Position numbers and translations under genes: made by a program
The notes under the pieces: generated by a model
The model's input: the letters and a program-made list of their open reading frames with translations, nothing else
Told to the model about the DNA's origin: nothing
The model's database searches: none
Shown: in pieces, positions 63,298 to 64,000 of the stretch
Numbering within the stretch: the first letter of the stretch is position 1
Layout of the letters: the number at the start of each line of letters is the position of its first letter
Assembly: GCA_963691875.1 (NCBI GenBank)
Contig: OY829846.1
Location: forward strand, 1,344,001 to 1,408,000
Source of the DNA: Aureliella sp.
GTDB taxonomy: Bacteria > Planctomycetota > Planctomycetia > Pirellulales > Pirellulaceae
Direction of reading: 5' to 3'
DNA length: 64,000 nt

Positions 63298-63468
63298 ATG
63301 AAAAACATCGCCTCGAAGATCAACCGTTTCTTGAAGTCTGAAGATGGCCCAACCGCTGTTGAATACGCAGTCATGTTGGCGCTCATCGTCGTTGTATGCT
63401 TGGGAGCGATCACCTCCATCGGTAACAACGCGAACGCGACATTCACGAGCGTTGCTGGCCAGCTGTAA
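63298..63468 (+). CDS. flp: Flp family type IVb pilin
   Basis: FLKSEDG/PTAVEYAVMLALI motif; GGAG before ATG 63298. Confidence 0.95.
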   Translation: MKNIASKINRFLKSEDGPTAVEYAVMLALIVVVCLGAITSIGNNANATFTSVAGQL

Positions 63469-63595
63469 GCTGGTTTTCTAGCTATTGCTAGAATTGCCGA
63501 TCGATTGAAACGCATTCTGGCGGTTTCTTCTGAAGCCGCCTTCGTGCGTAGAACCTCTTTAAACTAACGCACCTGGACATTGTGGGAGAGCGAGT

Positions 63596-63706
63596 ATGAC
63601 ACCTTACCTGTTGCCAACGGAATCGGTCTCCAACCTCTGGGAGCTAATTTGCTTTGCAGGCACCATCTTGAGCACACTATTTGTATGGTGTTGCAGCTTG
63701 AGATGA
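63596..63706 (+). CDS. 36-aa single-TM small protein
   Basis: GGGAGAG then ATG; MTPYLLPTESVSNLWELICFAGTILSTLFVWCCSLR; lies between flp and the prepilin peptidase; below the ORF-track cutoff. Confidence 0.5.
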   Translation: MTPYLLPTESVSNLWELICFAGTILSTLFVWCCSLR

Positions 63707-63760
63707 ACGGCATTTAGCCTTGAGCAATAGTTGCCTCTGAGTTCAGCGCGGGGAAGAACA

Positions 63761-64000
63761 ATGGATTTTATATTGAATCACCTTGTAGAAAATTGGGCGA
63801 TGTGGGCTGTTTCGGTCACACTCGTCGTCGCAGCAGTGATCGACGGGATGTACCTCAAAGTCCCAAACGCGATTACTTTCCCGCTCATCGTCGCAGGCTG
63901 GATTTACAGCACTGCAGTTGGCGGTTGGGCCGGTCTTGGCTGGAGCGTAGCAGCGACCTTCTTTGGGCTCGCTCTCTTGTTCGGCCTGCACCTGATCGGT
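63761..64000 (+). CDS. A24 prepilin peptidase (CpaA/TadV-like), 5' part; runs off the window
   Basis: MDFILNHLVENWAMWAVSVTLVVAAVIDGMYLKVPNAITFP...: D....VPN motif, hydrophobic, downstream of flp. Confidence 0.88.
   Translation, partial: MDFILNHLVENWAMWAVSVTLVVAAVIDGMYLKVPNAITFPLIVAGWIYSTAVGGWAGLGWSVAATFFGLALLFGLHLIG

Overview
A 64-kb chromosomal segment that reads as a planctomycete (Pirellulaceae-like). The basis is lineage-typical DUF1501/DUF1549/DUF1553/PSCyt proteins, sulfatases, Cys-rich secreted proteins and an Flp pilin with the 'EDGPTAVEY' motif; this taxonomy is inference. Intact housekeeping and metabolic genes include hemY, glgB, rpsA, purQ, accB/accC, a PPi-type PFK, upp, aat, an FKBP, two desaturases, two sulfatases and tRNA-Ser(UGA). 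The main uncharacterised system is a four-gene exported module at 50.9-59.6 kb: DUF1501, PPC-domain protein, Ig/DUF1549/DUF1553 protein, and a cytochrome-WD40-coiled-coil protein. A CCCACCT-type motif lies upstream of it and recurs before a second DUF1549/1553 gene. Features absent from the ORF track are a GTAG-type REP family with one inverted pair, several decayed accessory genes (HlyD-like, membrane protein, K+ channel, truncated CheA, split TadG/VWA), a 36-aa ORF and a structured leader in the Flp pilus locus, and two CDSs running off the window ends. One predicted ORF is an RNase H-fold protein lacking catalytic residues. I saw no CRISPR array, prophage, integrase or transposase. All calls come from motif recognition by eye, with no database searches.
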